From contig JBGUGL010000053.1 of the NCBI GenBank assembly GCA_045111455.1, positions 34,592 to 98,591 on the forward strand: a stretch of DNA of 64,000 bases, read 5' to 3'. Source of the DNA: Christensenellales bacterium (GTDB taxonomy: Bacteria; Bacillota; Clostridia; Christensenellales; Aristaeellaceae). Made by a program: the position numbers and the translations under genes. The notes beneath the pieces were generated by a model. The model made no database searches, was not told the origin of the DNA, and worked only from the letters and a program-made list of their open reading frames with translations. Every line of letters begins with the position of its first letter. Within the stretch, counting starts at the first letter, position 1. This document shows positions 55,212 to 64,000 of this stretch, one piece after another.

Positions 55212-56201
55212 TTGGAAGAAAAATATCGCGTAATCCTGGTTCAGCGGGACCGGTACCTGGTCCGGAAGGACGGGGAAACCCTGTACTGCGTCCTGACCGG
55301 AAGCCTGCGCTACCGGGAGGAATTCCCTGTGGTGGGCGATTATGTGGAAATAACGGTCAATCCCTTCGGCGACAGCCTGATCCGGTCCATCCTGCCCCGG
55401 CGGACGGCATTTTTCCGCCCGGACCGGGGCGGGCACGCGGACGGATTCGTGAAGAACATGCAGGTTCAGCCGTTGGTGGCAAACATCGACTATGTCTTTA
55501 TTATTACATCCCTGAACCAGGACTTCAGCCTGAACCGGATTGCCCGCTACGCTGCCATGACGGCGGCCGGCGGCGCGGTGCCGGTAGCAGTGCTGACCAA
55601 GGCGGACCGGTGTCCGGATCCGGCGGCCATGGAGAAGCAGGCCGCCGCCCTGGGCAGGGACCTGCAGGCGGTTTCCGTCAGCGCCTATACGGGCTTCGGA
55701 CTGGACCGGCTGAAGGCGTATTTCACCCCGGGGACCACCATTGCCCTGCTGGGCTCCTCCGGCGCCGGGAAATCAACCCTGATCAACACCCTGGCCGGGC
55801 AGGAGGTCATGCGGACCGGGGAAATCCGCGAGGAGGATTCCAAGGGCCGGCATACCACCACCCACCGGGAAATGATTGAGATTGACGGCGTATCCTTTAT
55901 CGATACGCCCGGGCTGCGGGAACTGGGCATGATCGGCGCGGAGGAAGGGATCAGCGAGACTTTTTCAGATATCGCGGAGCTGATCAGCCAGTGCGCCTTT
56001 TCCGACTGCACCCACGGCAACGAACCGGGTTGCGCGGTGCGGCAGGCCCTGGAGGACGGCACCCTGGCGCCTGAAAGGTGGAAGATGTATGCCCGGCTGG
56101 AGCGGGAAAACAAATGGAATAAAACCGCGAAGAACGGAAGAATGATGAATATCGCTATGTTCCGGCGGCAGATGAAGCAGGAACGGAAGGGGCGGGGATA
56201 A
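55212..56201 (+). CDS. rsgA: Ribosome small subunit-dependent GTPase A (probably a paralog)
   Basis: PVVGDYV OB fold, TKAD, GSSGAGKST, KGRHTTT, DTPG, CAFSDCTHGNEPGC; TTG start after AGGAGG. Confidence 0.92.
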   Translation: MEEKYRVILVQRDRYLVRKDGETLYCVLTGSLRYREEFPVVGDYVEITVNPFGDSLIRSILPRRTAFFRPDRGGHADGFVKNMQVQPLVANIDYVFIITSLNQDFSLNRIARYAAMTAAGGAVPVAVLTKADRCPDPAAMEKQAAALGRDLQAVSVSAYTGFGLDRLKAYFTPGTTIALLGSSGAGKSTLINTLAGQEVMRTGEIREEDSKGRHTTTHREMIEIDGVSFIDTPGLRELGMIGAEEGISETFSDIAELISQCAFSDCTHGNEPGCAVRQALEDGTLAPERWKMYARLERENKWNKTAKNGRMMNIAMFRRQMKQERKGRG

Positions 56202-56255
56202 AACCTTCCCGCGAGAAAAGGCGGAGGAGCTGCAGGGCTCTTCCGCCTCTTTTTA

Positions 56256-57449
56256 TTATTTCTGCGGGACGGTGCAGCTGTTGAACCTTGCCAGGCGCTG
56301 CGATGCACTGTCGATTTTCCCGGAGAGCGCTTTGGTCTGCCGGACACCGGGCTCCAGCCAGACATTCTGCAGGGTGAGGATGCCGGCTTTGCGGTCCGCC
56401 TTCGGCTCGACCCGGCCGATGAACCGGTCCCCGTACAGCATGGGAAGGACGTAATAACCATATTTGCGCTTGACGGCGGGGGTATAAATCTCCCAGGAAT
56501 ACTGAAATCCCCAGACTGCTTCGATCAGCGCCCGGTCCCAGAGCATGGGATCCAGGGGCGCCAGGAATTCAAGGCGGGCCCTGAGGTCCGCCTGCCCGGA
56601 AAGGACGGACTCCAGCAGGGGCAGGTCCCCGTTCTGCAGGTACAGGGGAAAACGGATTCCCTCCACCCGGACGGCGGTGATGCTGCCGTTTTTTTCGAGC
56701 CGGTCAAAGGCGGCGCTGCGCTGCTCCGGGGTCATGGCCATGCCCAGGAAGGCGGTGGAATTCCGGTTCCAGAGCAGGCCGACGGCGCCGATCCTGCGCA
56801 GGAGGCGCCAGTCCGTGAAGGCTTCCTCATCCGGACAGGGATTCGGGGCGGCAAGCAGTTCAGCGGGGAAATATTTTTCCGCCAGGTCATAATACTTCCG
56901 GGAGCCGGTTTTATGGTGAATCAGCAGGACGCCGTCCGTGTACAGCTGTTCCAGTACGGAACGGGCAGCCGGCGAACTGTCATGCCAGTGGCCGCTCCAG
57001 TGCATGGAGGAATGCCAGAAGATCTTTCCTTCAATGGGCAGGGTGTCGCCGGAGACGGGACCGTGCTTCCGGATATAGGTGACGGCCTGCTCCTCCAGCT
57101 CGGGAATGCCGGGAAACCGGAGGCCGTGCTCCCTGCTCCGTTCCCGGTAGCCGGCAAAGAAAGGCCAGTCCTCCCGGGACCAGATGGACAGCTCCTTGTC
57201 CGGATAGTCTACCAGGAGACGGTCCTTATACAGCAGGTCTTCCAGCATTTTTTTCCGGAAGCCTTTGACCCGGGACTGAAGGGTCAGCTCGGCATTCTTT
57301 CCGCAGACATCCACCGGATCAAACTGGATGCAGCTGGCCTGGCGGACATACTGATACGCCCCGTCTTTGCCGGCAAAGCGGTGCTCTCCCAGCAGCCCGT
57401 TTTTCAGCAGGATGAACTGCCCTGCCTGGTTCTTTGTAATGGTCAGCAT
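56256..57449 (-). CDS. YcaQ/AlkZ-family crosslink-repair DNA glycosylase
   Basis: CIQFDPV (QxD motif), LAPLDPMLWDR, YSWEIYTP..RKYGYYVLP. Confidence 0.88.
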   Translation of the reverse strand: MLTITKNQAGQFILLKNGLLGEHRFAGKDGAYQYVRQASCIQFDPVDVCGKNAELTLQSRVKGFRKKMLEDLLYKDRLLVDYPDKELSIWSREDWPFFAGYRERSREHGLRFPGIPELEEQAVTYIRKHGPVSGDTLPIEGKIFWHSSMHWSGHWHDSSPAARSVLEQLYTDGVLLIHHKTGSRKYYDLAEKYFPAELLAAPNPCPDEEAFTDWRLLRRIGAVGLLWNRNSTAFLGMAMTPEQRSAAFDRLEKNGSITAVRVEGIRFPLYLQNGDLPLLESVLSGQADLRARLEFLAPLDPMLWDRALIEAVWGFQYSWEIYTPAVKRKYGYYVLPMLYGDRFIGRVEPKADRKAGILTLQNVWLEPGVRQTKALSGKIDSASQRLARFNSCTVPQK

Positions 57450-57651
57450 CGGTACTTCCTTCACTGTTTCAGATTATTCTGGGGTATGTCCATTTTACTA
57501 TGACCGCCGGGGGAAAGAAAAGCGAACAAACAAAAAAATCAGGCAGGGTGCTTTTCCGGATGAAAAAAGCTGAAGAAACGGCTTTCCTGTGGTACTATAT
57601 CAGGCAGGAGAGAAAGCCCTGCCGGAATTGGCGGGGAAAAGGAACAGCAGG

Positions 57652-58395
57652 ATGATTGCATACCGGGTCATGATCAACGGGATTGAGGTGAACGCGGGCT
57701 ACAGCCGGCAGGCAACGGAGGAGATCTTCCTTCCCCTGCTGCGGAAGCTGACAGCCCTGCGGCAGGAAAAGGGACGGCGGATCCTGGCAATGCTGGCGGC
57801 GCCGCCCGGCGCCGGGAAAACCACGCTGCTCAGCTTCCTGGAAAAGCTGTCCCGGGAGCAGCCTGATATCCTGCCTGTCCAGGTGATCGGCATGGACGGG
57901 TTCCACCGGCGGCAGGAATACCTCCTGAGCCACATGACGGAACGGGACGGGAAACAGATTCCCATGGTGGATATCAAGGGCGCCCCGGAAACCTTTGACC
58001 TGGAAGGACTGACCCGGGCGGTGCGGAAAGCGGCGGCCGGGGAAATCCTCGGATGGCCGGTGTATGACCGGATGCTCCACAATCCGGTGGAGAATGCGGT
58101 CCGGGTGGAGGGGGACATCGTCCTGCTGGAAGGAAACTACCTGCTGCTGGATGAGGAAGGCTGGCGGGAGCTGCCCGCCCTGGCGGACTATACTGTCTCC
58201 GTTTCCGCGGAGGAGGGCATGCTGCGGGAAAGGCTGATCGACCGGCGGATCCGTACCGGGGTGGACCGGGAAAAGGCTGTCCGGTTTGTGGATTTCAGCG
58301 ACATGCCGAACGTCCGGCTGTGCCTGGGGAAAAGCCTGCCGGCGGATCTTCGCCTGGCCCTGGACACCCAAGGAGACTACCGGATCATCAGGTGA
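57652..58395 (+). CDS. P-loop nucleoside/pantothenate kinase-like protein (YggC/FrcK-like)
   Basis: APPGAGKTT, MDGFH, KGAPETFD, YDRMLHNP, EGNYLLL. Confidence 0.85.
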   Translation: MIAYRVMINGIEVNAGYSRQATEEIFLPLLRKLTALRQEKGRRILAMLAAPPGAGKTTLLSFLEKLSREQPDILPVQVIGMDGFHRRQEYLLSHMTERDGKQIPMVDIKGAPETFDLEGLTRAVRKAAAGEILGWPVYDRMLHNPVENAVRVEGDIVLLEGNYLLLDEEGWRELPALADYTVSVSAEEGMLRERLIDRRIRTGVDREKAVRFVDFSDMPNVRLCLGKSLPADLRLALDTQGDYRIIR

Positions 58396-58405
58396 GAAAC
58401 AGCGT

Positions 58406-59311
58406 ATGAAGATTTATTTTGCCCCCATGGAAGGGGTTACGGACGGAATCCTGCGTTCGGTCCACCGGAAAATATTCGGAGGCGTGGACGTATACTGCCT
58501 GCCCTTCCATAAGCTGACCCAGACCCGGTCGCTGACCGTCCGGGAGAAGAGGGATATTGATCCGGAGGAGAACCGGGGGCTGGCGGTGCTGCCCCAGGCG
58601 CTGACCCGGGATCCGGAGCAGCTGCTGGACTGGCTGGAATATATCAGCGGGCTCGGCTATTCCTGCGGGGACCTGAACCTGGGCTGTCCGTCCCCCACGG
58701 TGACAAAGCGGGGACGGGGCAGCGGCATGCTGCGGGACCCCGGCTTCCTGGTGTCGTTTTTTGATTATGTGTTTGCCCGGCCGCTGCCGGCGGCCCTTTC
58801 CGTCAAAACCCGGATCGGCTGCGAACGGCCGGAGGAATGGGAACGGCTGCTGGGGATCCTGGGGGAATTCCCCTTTCACCATGTGACGGTCCACGTCCGG
58901 ACCATGAAGGAGCAGTATACCGACGTGAAGCATCCGGAGGCGTTTGATGCCGCCGTCCGGCAGGGGATATCCCATCCGGTTTACAACGGGGACCTGCGGA
59001 CAACGGCGGATGTTTCCGCCCTGCAGGCCCGCTGTCCGGAAACGGAAGCAGTCATGATCGGCCGGGGACTGTTGGCGGATCCGGCCCTGGCCCGGAAACT
59101 CCGGGGCGGACCGGAAGCGGACAGGGAAGAACTGACTGCCTGGTACAGCGCCCTGTACGCGGGCTGGGAAAAACGCTTTGACCCGGTGCTGGCCCTGGGA
59201 CGGATCAAGAAGCTGATGGAATGGCCGGCTGAAGGGGATCTCCGGCGCGGGCGCCTGCTGCGCAAGGCCCGGGATATCGGGGGATGCATCAGCGCGATGC
59301 TGGAGGACTGA
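58406..59311 (+). CDS. tRNA-dihydrouridine synthase family protein
   Basis: FAPMEGVTD, LNLGCPSPTV, SVKTRIG, VH.R, YNGD, MIGRGLLADP. Confidence 0.9.
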   Translation: MKIYFAPMEGVTDGILRSVHRKIFGGVDVYCLPFHKLTQTRSLTVREKRDIDPEENRGLAVLPQALTRDPEQLLDWLEYISGLGYSCGDLNLGCPSPTVTKRGRGSGMLRDPGFLVSFFDYVFARPLPAALSVKTRIGCERPEEWERLLGILGEFPFHHVTVHVRTMKEQYTDVKHPEAFDAAVRQGISHPVYNGDLRTTADVSALQARCPETEAVMIGRGLLADPALARKLRGGPEADREELTAWYSALYAGWEKRFDPVLALGRIKKLMEWPAEGDLRRGRLLRKARDIGGCISAMLED

Positions 59312-59420
59312 CAGCGGAAACCGGACAGAACGGAAGAGCAAAAACAGGCAGGAAGTCCCCGGCGGGAGCGGGGGAATACGCCGCATATATGCCGGAAGAA
59401 ACAGAGAAAGGCGGAAGAAA

Positions 59421-60200
59421 ATGGCGGAACTGAACAACGCGGAGGCGGTGAAAAAACAGTATGCCTCCTCCGGAAACCTGGGAAAACGGATTTCCATTCA
59501 TGCAAAATACTCCACCAATCCCCAGGGATTCGGAAACTGGATCGCGGAGCATTACCGGTTTCCCGCCGGCGCTGCCGTGCTGGAGCTGGGCTGCGGCACC
59601 GGCGATTCCTGGCGGGGCCGGGACGGGCTGATCCGGTCCTGCTCCAGGCTGGTACTGTCGGATTTCTCGGAGGGCATGCTCCGGACGGCGGAAGAAACCC
59701 TGCGGGATTATCCGGACATCGAATTCCGGGTCATAGATATCCAGGAGATTCCCTTTGAGGATCATTCCTTTGACGCGGTGATTGCCAACATGATGCTCTA
59801 TCATGTGCCGGATCTCCGCCGGGGCCTTGCGGAGGTCCGGCGGGTGTTGAAGCCGGGCGGCATTTTCTGCTGCGCCACCTACGGGGAGAACGGGATCATG
59901 GAATACCTCTGCAGCCTGTTCGGCCGGGAGGACCTGATTGCACAGGCCAATCATTCCTTTACCCTTCAGAACGGCGGGGAGCGGCTGCGGGACTTTTTCA
60001 GGGATGTGACGCGTTATGATTATCCGGATTCCCTGGCCGTCACGGATGTCCGCGACCTGGCGGATTATGTCCGCTCCCTGACGGGCATGGCGGATTTCAG
60101 GAACATTCCGGAGGAGGAAATGCTGGCTGTTTTTACCGCGAATATGAAGGACGGCGTGCTGTCCGTTCCCAAGGAATACGGCATGTTCGTGTGCCGCTGA
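59421..60200 (+). CDS. Class I SAM-dependent methyltransferase
   Basis: VLELGCGTG, SDFSEGM, FDAVIANMMLYHV, RRVLKPGG. Confidence 0.92.
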   Translation: MAELNNAEAVKKQYASSGNLGKRISIHAKYSTNPQGFGNWIAEHYRFPAGAAVLELGCGTGDSWRGRDGLIRSCSRLVLSDFSEGMLRTAEETLRDYPDIEFRVIDIQEIPFEDHSFDAVIANMMLYHVPDLRRGLAEVRRVLKPGGIFCCATYGENGIMEYLCSLFGREDLIAQANHSFTLQNGGERLRDFFRDVTRYDYPDSLAVTDVRDLADYVRSLTGMADFRNIPEEEMLAVFTANMKDGVLSVPKEYGMFVCR

Positions 60201-60219
60201 AAACCGCCGCGGCAACAGA

Positions 60220-60257
60220 AAAAACCGGGGAAGCCGATGGGCTTCCCCGGTTTTCTT
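60220..60257. terminator. Bidirectional terminator
   Basis: AAAACCGGGGAAGCC / GGCTTCCCCGGTTTT inverted repeat. Confidence 0.8.
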
Positions 60258-60298
60258 CATGGGAAGATATGACGGCGGGAACCGTCCCGCGGTCACGT

Positions 60299-61585
60299 TT
60301 ACCGGTCCGAATAGTGATAACGGTTCAGCCGGCGCCCGAAGAACAGGCACACGGCAACACCTGCAAGGCCCAGGATAAACATGGACAGGGCTGCGCCGGA
60401 TCCTTTTCCGCTGCCGAAAAGGAAGGCCCAGATTCCGTTTTTCCCGGCCATAAAGGGTTCGCACAGTTCATCCACCATCGCCCCGCCCAGCAGCAGGCCG
60501 ATGGGAATGGTGAAAAACTGCAGGGTGTTCCGGCAGGCATAAACCCGGCCCTGGAGGTTCGCTGGGATGGAGTTCCGCATGATCACGTTCTGGTTTGTGC
60601 TCATGACCGGCACAAATATCCATCCCAGCACCTGGCCGATGCACCAGACCACCGGGCTCCGGGAAAAGGCCAGGAAGAAATTCTCGGTTCCCAGGGCGAA
60701 AAGCATGGAAAGGTAAATCGCCTTTACCCGGTTCTTCGGCTTCGGCATGAAGGTGGCGATCAGGCTTCCAGCCACCATGGCCAGGCCGGCACAGGACTGC
60801 ACGACGCCCAGGATACTGTTGCCGCCCCCGGGACTGGGCAGGACCAGGGCCGGCAGTACCGCGTCAAAGGCGGAGGCCACCAGGTTCACACCGGCCATGA
60901 ACAGGATCACATCCAGGATCAGCCGGTTCTGCTTCAGGTACCGCAGGCCCTCTCCGGCGAGCCGGAGAATACTTCCTTCGTTTTCCTTTTCGTCCTGCAC
61001 CTTCGGAATCCTGATGAAAAAGGCCAGGGTGATGAAAGCCACCGCGAAAGTGGCCAGGTCCGCAAAAATCACCACATTCAGCCCGCCGATGCCGTACAGG
61101 GCGGCCGCGATGACCGGATTGCCGATGGAAACCAAGGACCTGGACAGGGACTGGAGCCCGCCGGTTTTCTGGTATTTCTCCCTGGGAATGACCAGGGTAT
61201 AGGTCACTTCCGACGCAGGCTGCTGGACCGTATTCATCAGGCCTGATACCGCATTGATCAGGTACAGGTGCCATACCTGCAGCATGTTGCTCCGGTACAG
61301 GATGAAAACGGCGACCGTACTGAGCGCCGCCAGCGCGTCGCAGACCAGCATGGTTTTCTTTTTGTCGAATTTGTCAGAAAGGGCGCCCGCGAAGATGCTC
61401 ATCACCACATAGGGCGCGTAGGTGCAGACAGTCAGCGCTGCCGTGCTGAGGGCGGAGCCCGTCTTTTCATACAGCCAGAGGGTCAGCGCAAATTCTGTGA
61501 CAGCACTCCCGAGATGCGAAAGGCTCTGGGTGCTCCACAGAAGATAAAAGTCACGTAAACTGTTCTTTTTTTCCTGAGTATTCAT
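60299..61585 (-). CDS. MFS transporter (DHA3/Mef-like)
   Basis: FYLLWSTQSLS.LGS..FAL.LW, AGALSDKFDKKK, NLQGRVY; about 12 TM. Confidence 0.88.
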   Translation of the reverse strand: MNTQEKKNSLRDFYLLWSTQSLSHLGSAVTEFALTLWLYEKTGSALSTAALTVCTYAPYVVMSIFAGALSDKFDKKKTMLVCDALAALSTVAVFILYRSNMLQVWHLYLINAVSGLMNTVQQPASEVTYTLVIPREKYQKTGGLQSLSRSLVSIGNPVIAAALYGIGGLNVVIFADLATFAVAFITLAFFIRIPKVQDEKENEGSILRLAGEGLRYLKQNRLILDVILFMAGVNLVASAFDAVLPALVLPSPGGGNSILGVVQSCAGLAMVAGSLIATFMPKPKNRVKAIYLSMLFALGTENFFLAFSRSPVVWCIGQVLGWIFVPVMSTNQNVIMRNSIPANLQGRVYACRNTLQFFTIPIGLLLGGAMVDELCEPFMAGKNGIWAFLFGSGKGSGAALSMFILGLAGVAVCLFFGRRLNRYHYSDR

Positions 61586-61660
61586 TTCTTTGCTCCTTTA
61601 TTCTTTTTCTGTCAAAAAGAGCAAAGCCTGAGGAAATTGTTATTCCTCCATACAGTCTCC

Positions 61661-61705
61661 TCAAGCCCTGCATGGAGCCAATGCAATGCACAGAATCTCT
61701 CTCAC
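61661..61705 (-). CDS. Candidate leader peptide MREILCIALAPCRA upstream of MFS
   Basis: Promoter TTGACA-17-TACCAT (61770-61742), SD AGAGGTGA, GTG start, TGA at 61663-61661. Confidence 0.45.
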   Translation of the reverse strand: MREILCIALAPCRA

Positions 61706-61805
61706 GTTTCTCACCTCTTACAGCAGGGAAATGTCCCTGTCATGGTATCGCCGTTCCGGCCCGCTGTCAATCAGGTGAAGGCCGGGGTATCACAGTTTCC
61801 GGCGG

Positions 61806-62645
61806 TTACTGTCCGTCCGCCAGAAACTCACGGACCAGGCAGGTCCTGAGTTTTTCGAAGGTCTGTTCATCTCTCATGCCCACGGGTTTTCCGTCAATGA
61901 GGTTTGCCCGGCAGCAGGGATGGCTGGAGATGGTCATGAGTACCTCATCGGCGGTGAACAGATCCGCCAGGGTGAAGGCCTCCTCGTGAACCGGAATGTC
62001 CAGTGCCCTGCAGGCCCGGAGCAGGTGAGCCCTGCCGATGCCGGGCAGGATCAGGTTGTCCGCCGGGGCTGTCCACAGCTCCCCGGCCTTCAGGATATGG
62101 ATATTGCTGTGGGCGCCTTCCGTGACCCTGCCGCCGGGACGGTACAGGATCGCCTCGCCGCAGCCGGCCTCCCGGGCCCGCTGGGCGGCGATGACGGAGG
62201 GAATCAGGTTCAGGGTCTTGATATTGCAGTGGAAGAAGCGGGTATCTTCCAGGGTGATCATCTTTTCGGGCACGGTGCCGTCGGTCATCTCCATAGGCTT
62301 GAAGGTGATCCACAGGTTGGCGGGGGTGTCCGGGAAAACATGGCTACGGATATCCGAGCCCCGGGTGACCTGCATATAGAACATGAGATTGCCGGTGTCC
62401 AGGCGGCGGATCAGGTCATACATCAGGCCGTGCAGTTCCTCTTTGCTGACGGGCATCCGGATTTCCAGCAGGCCGGCGCTGCGGAAGAAACGGTCGATAT
62501 GCTCATCCAGGAAAACCATATGGTAGTCCCGGCTCAGGCCCGCGTCATAGACGCCGTCGCCGAACCAGCAGGCACGGTCTGTCATGGGAACAGACATTTC
62601 CGCGATTTCTCCGAACTGACCGTTATAGTATCCAAGGGTTTTCAT
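61806..62645 (-). CDS. Class IV aminotransferase (D-amino acid aminotransferase-like)
   Basis: DR..FGDGVY, HIDRF, QVTRG..R.H, IKTLNL, TEG..SN, ILPGI.R. Confidence 0.88.
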   Translation of the reverse strand: MKTLGYYNGQFGEIAEMSVPMTDRACWFGDGVYDAGLSRDYHMVFLDEHIDRFFRSAGLLEIRMPVSKEELHGLMYDLIRRLDTGNLMFYMQVTRGSDIRSHVFPDTPANLWITFKPMEMTDGTVPEKMITLEDTRFFHCNIKTLNLIPSVIAAQRAREAGCGEAILYRPGGRVTEGAHSNIHILKAGELWTAPADNLILPGIGRAHLLRACRALDIPVHEEAFTLADLFTADEVLMTISSHPCCRANLIDGKPVGMRDEQTFEKLRTCLVREFLADGQ

Positions 62646-62889
62646 ACGGACCCCTCCTGTTCTCTTCCGGAAATCTGAAAGCATTATACCACGTATGGCG
62701 CAGCAGACAAAAAAAGATTGCCGGGGCTGTTCCGTACGGGACTCATCCGGTCCGTCCGCGGACTCACTGCTGCGGGGAGAACCGCCCCGTGACTCCGGTT
62801 TGCAGGGGTATATGAGGGATGGTATAATTCATCTGCGACTGTTGAAGGCATCCGGGCATCCGATGAAAGCAGGCAGGAGAAAGAATAAG

Positions 62890-63636
62890 ATGAGAGACCT
62901 GTATATCCGCAGTATGTGCCTGGCGGAACCTGTCCCGCGGGAAAACTACCTGGCTGAGCTGCCGGCGGTAAAGCATCTTTCCGCCCGGGGCATTGAGTTC
63001 CATAAGCAGGTAACCTTCTTTGCGGGGGAGAACGGATCGGGGAAGTCTACCCTGATCGAAGCCCTGGCCGTTTCCCAGGGCTTCAATCCCGAAGGGGGAA
63101 CAAAGAATTTCTGCTTTTCCACGGAAAACACCCATTCAGAACTGTGTGATTACCTCCGGGTAGCGCGGGGCGTGATCCGGCCGAAGGACGGATTCTTTCT
63201 CCGGGCGGAGAGCTTTTACAATGTAGCCTCCAATATAGATCAACTGGACCGGGAAGGCGGCGGGGGAAGACCGGTGATCATGAGCTACGGCGGTGTTTCC
63301 CTGCACAGGCAGTCCCACGGGGAAAGCTTCCTTTCCCTGGTGGAAAACCGGTTCGGCGGAAAGGGCTTGTATATCCTGGACGAGCCGGAGGCGGCGCTTT
63401 CTCCCCGGGGTATCATCCGGCTGATGCAGAACATGGATGAACTGGTGCAGGACGATTCACAGTTTATTATCGCCACGCATTCGCCCATGCTCCTGGCTTT
63501 TCCGGATGCGGAGGTTTACCAGATCCGGGAGGAAGGCATTGAAAGCGTCCGCTTCCAGGATACGGACCATTACAGGATAACGGTGCGCTTCCTGCAGAAT
63601 CCGGAAAGCGCGATTGAGGATATCCTGGGAAGATAG
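62890..63636 (+). CDS. Predicted ABC/AAA-type ATPase
   Basis: GENGSGKST, GFFLRAES, SHGESF, LDEPEAALSP, IATHSP. Confidence 0.88.
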   Translation: MRDLYIRSMCLAEPVPRENYLAELPAVKHLSARGIEFHKQVTFFAGENGSGKSTLIEALAVSQGFNPEGGTKNFCFSTENTHSELCDYLRVARGVIRPKDGFFLRAESFYNVASNIDQLDREGGGGRPVIMSYGGVSLHRQSHGESFLSLVENRFGGKGLYILDEPEAALSPRGIIRLMQNMDELVQDDSQFIIATHSPMLLAFPDAEVYQIREEGIESVRFQDTDHYRITVRFLQNPESAIEDILGR

Positions 63637-63639
63637 GGG

Positions 63640-63714
63640 AAAAAGCAACCGCAGGGTTGCTTTTTTCATGCCCCGGGGACAGGAAAAGGGACTGCTCAGG
63701 TGAGCAGTCCCTTG
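63640..63714. terminator. Pair of terminators between convergent genes
   Basis: AAAAAGCAACC/GGTTGCTTTTT and AAGGGACTGCTCA/TGAGCAGTCCCTT. Confidence 0.75.
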
Positions 63715-63730
63715 TTGTATCCGGGGAAGA

Positions 63731-64000
63731 TTATTTACCAGTGAGCTGAATGAACAGCGCGGCCAGTTCAGCACGGGTGACAGCCGCGTCAGCTGTTTCG
63801 GTGCTGCCCGGGACGCCCAGGGCGGCCAGGATACTTCCGAGGAAGCCTTCGGTCAGGTCGGCATTCAGGTCCTGGTCCGCGGGGATCATGCCGTTGGCGC
63901 TCAGGGCAGCCCTGCAGGTTTCCGGATCATTGGCTCCGCCGCCGATCAGCATATACAGTCCGCCGAGGAAATCACCCACGGTGGCAGGTTCATCCGGCGC
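63731..64000 (-). CDS. C-terminal end of a protein with SLH-like motifs (5'-truncated by window edge)
   Basis: Frame open from 64000: APDEPATVGDFL ... AAVTRAELAALF. Confidence 0.55.
   Translation of the reverse strand, partial: APDEPATVGDFLGGLYMLIGGGANDPETCRAALSANGMIPADQDLNADLTEGFLGSILAALGVPGSTETADAAVTRAELAALFIQLTGK

Overview
GC-rich, CCGG/TCCGGA-rich chromosomal window from a Clostridia-type (Bacillota) bacterium. The hemicellulases and SLH-like domain suggest a plant-fibre-degrading gut or rumen organism; this taxonomy is inference. Gene order: 3' part of gyrA; ECF sigma/anti-sigma/secreted protein operon; Cys-rich MarR operon; MacAB/YknXYZ-like ABC exporter with two adaptors; aroF-tyrA-pheA; a minus-strand islet of small detox genes and pseudogenes (15.3-22.7 kb); GH5/GH43/GH43/GH10 glycosidases with tcdA; a MerR (AdhR-like) neighbourhood; msrA, ltaE, larC; and a stress/resistance-like region (GNAT fusions including GNAT-aminoglycoside nucleotidyltransferase, AlkD, YcaQ/AlkZ, sfsA, rsgA, dus, MFS pumps). 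No transposase, integrase, CRISPR, tRNA or rRNA was recognised. The most notable signals are non-coding and absent from the ORF track. (1) A complete ribosome-mediated attenuator with a Tyr/Phe leader peptide (MRQAYVYYYFTFTHSV) precedes aroF-tyrA-pheA. (2) Three more uORF-plus-structure leaders lie at 44.8, 54.5 and 61.7 kb. (3) An orphan ~250-nt transcription unit at 27.35-27.60 kb looks like an unnamed ncRNA. (4) Three MerR boxes, two of them inside 19-bp-spacer promoters, define a local regulon.
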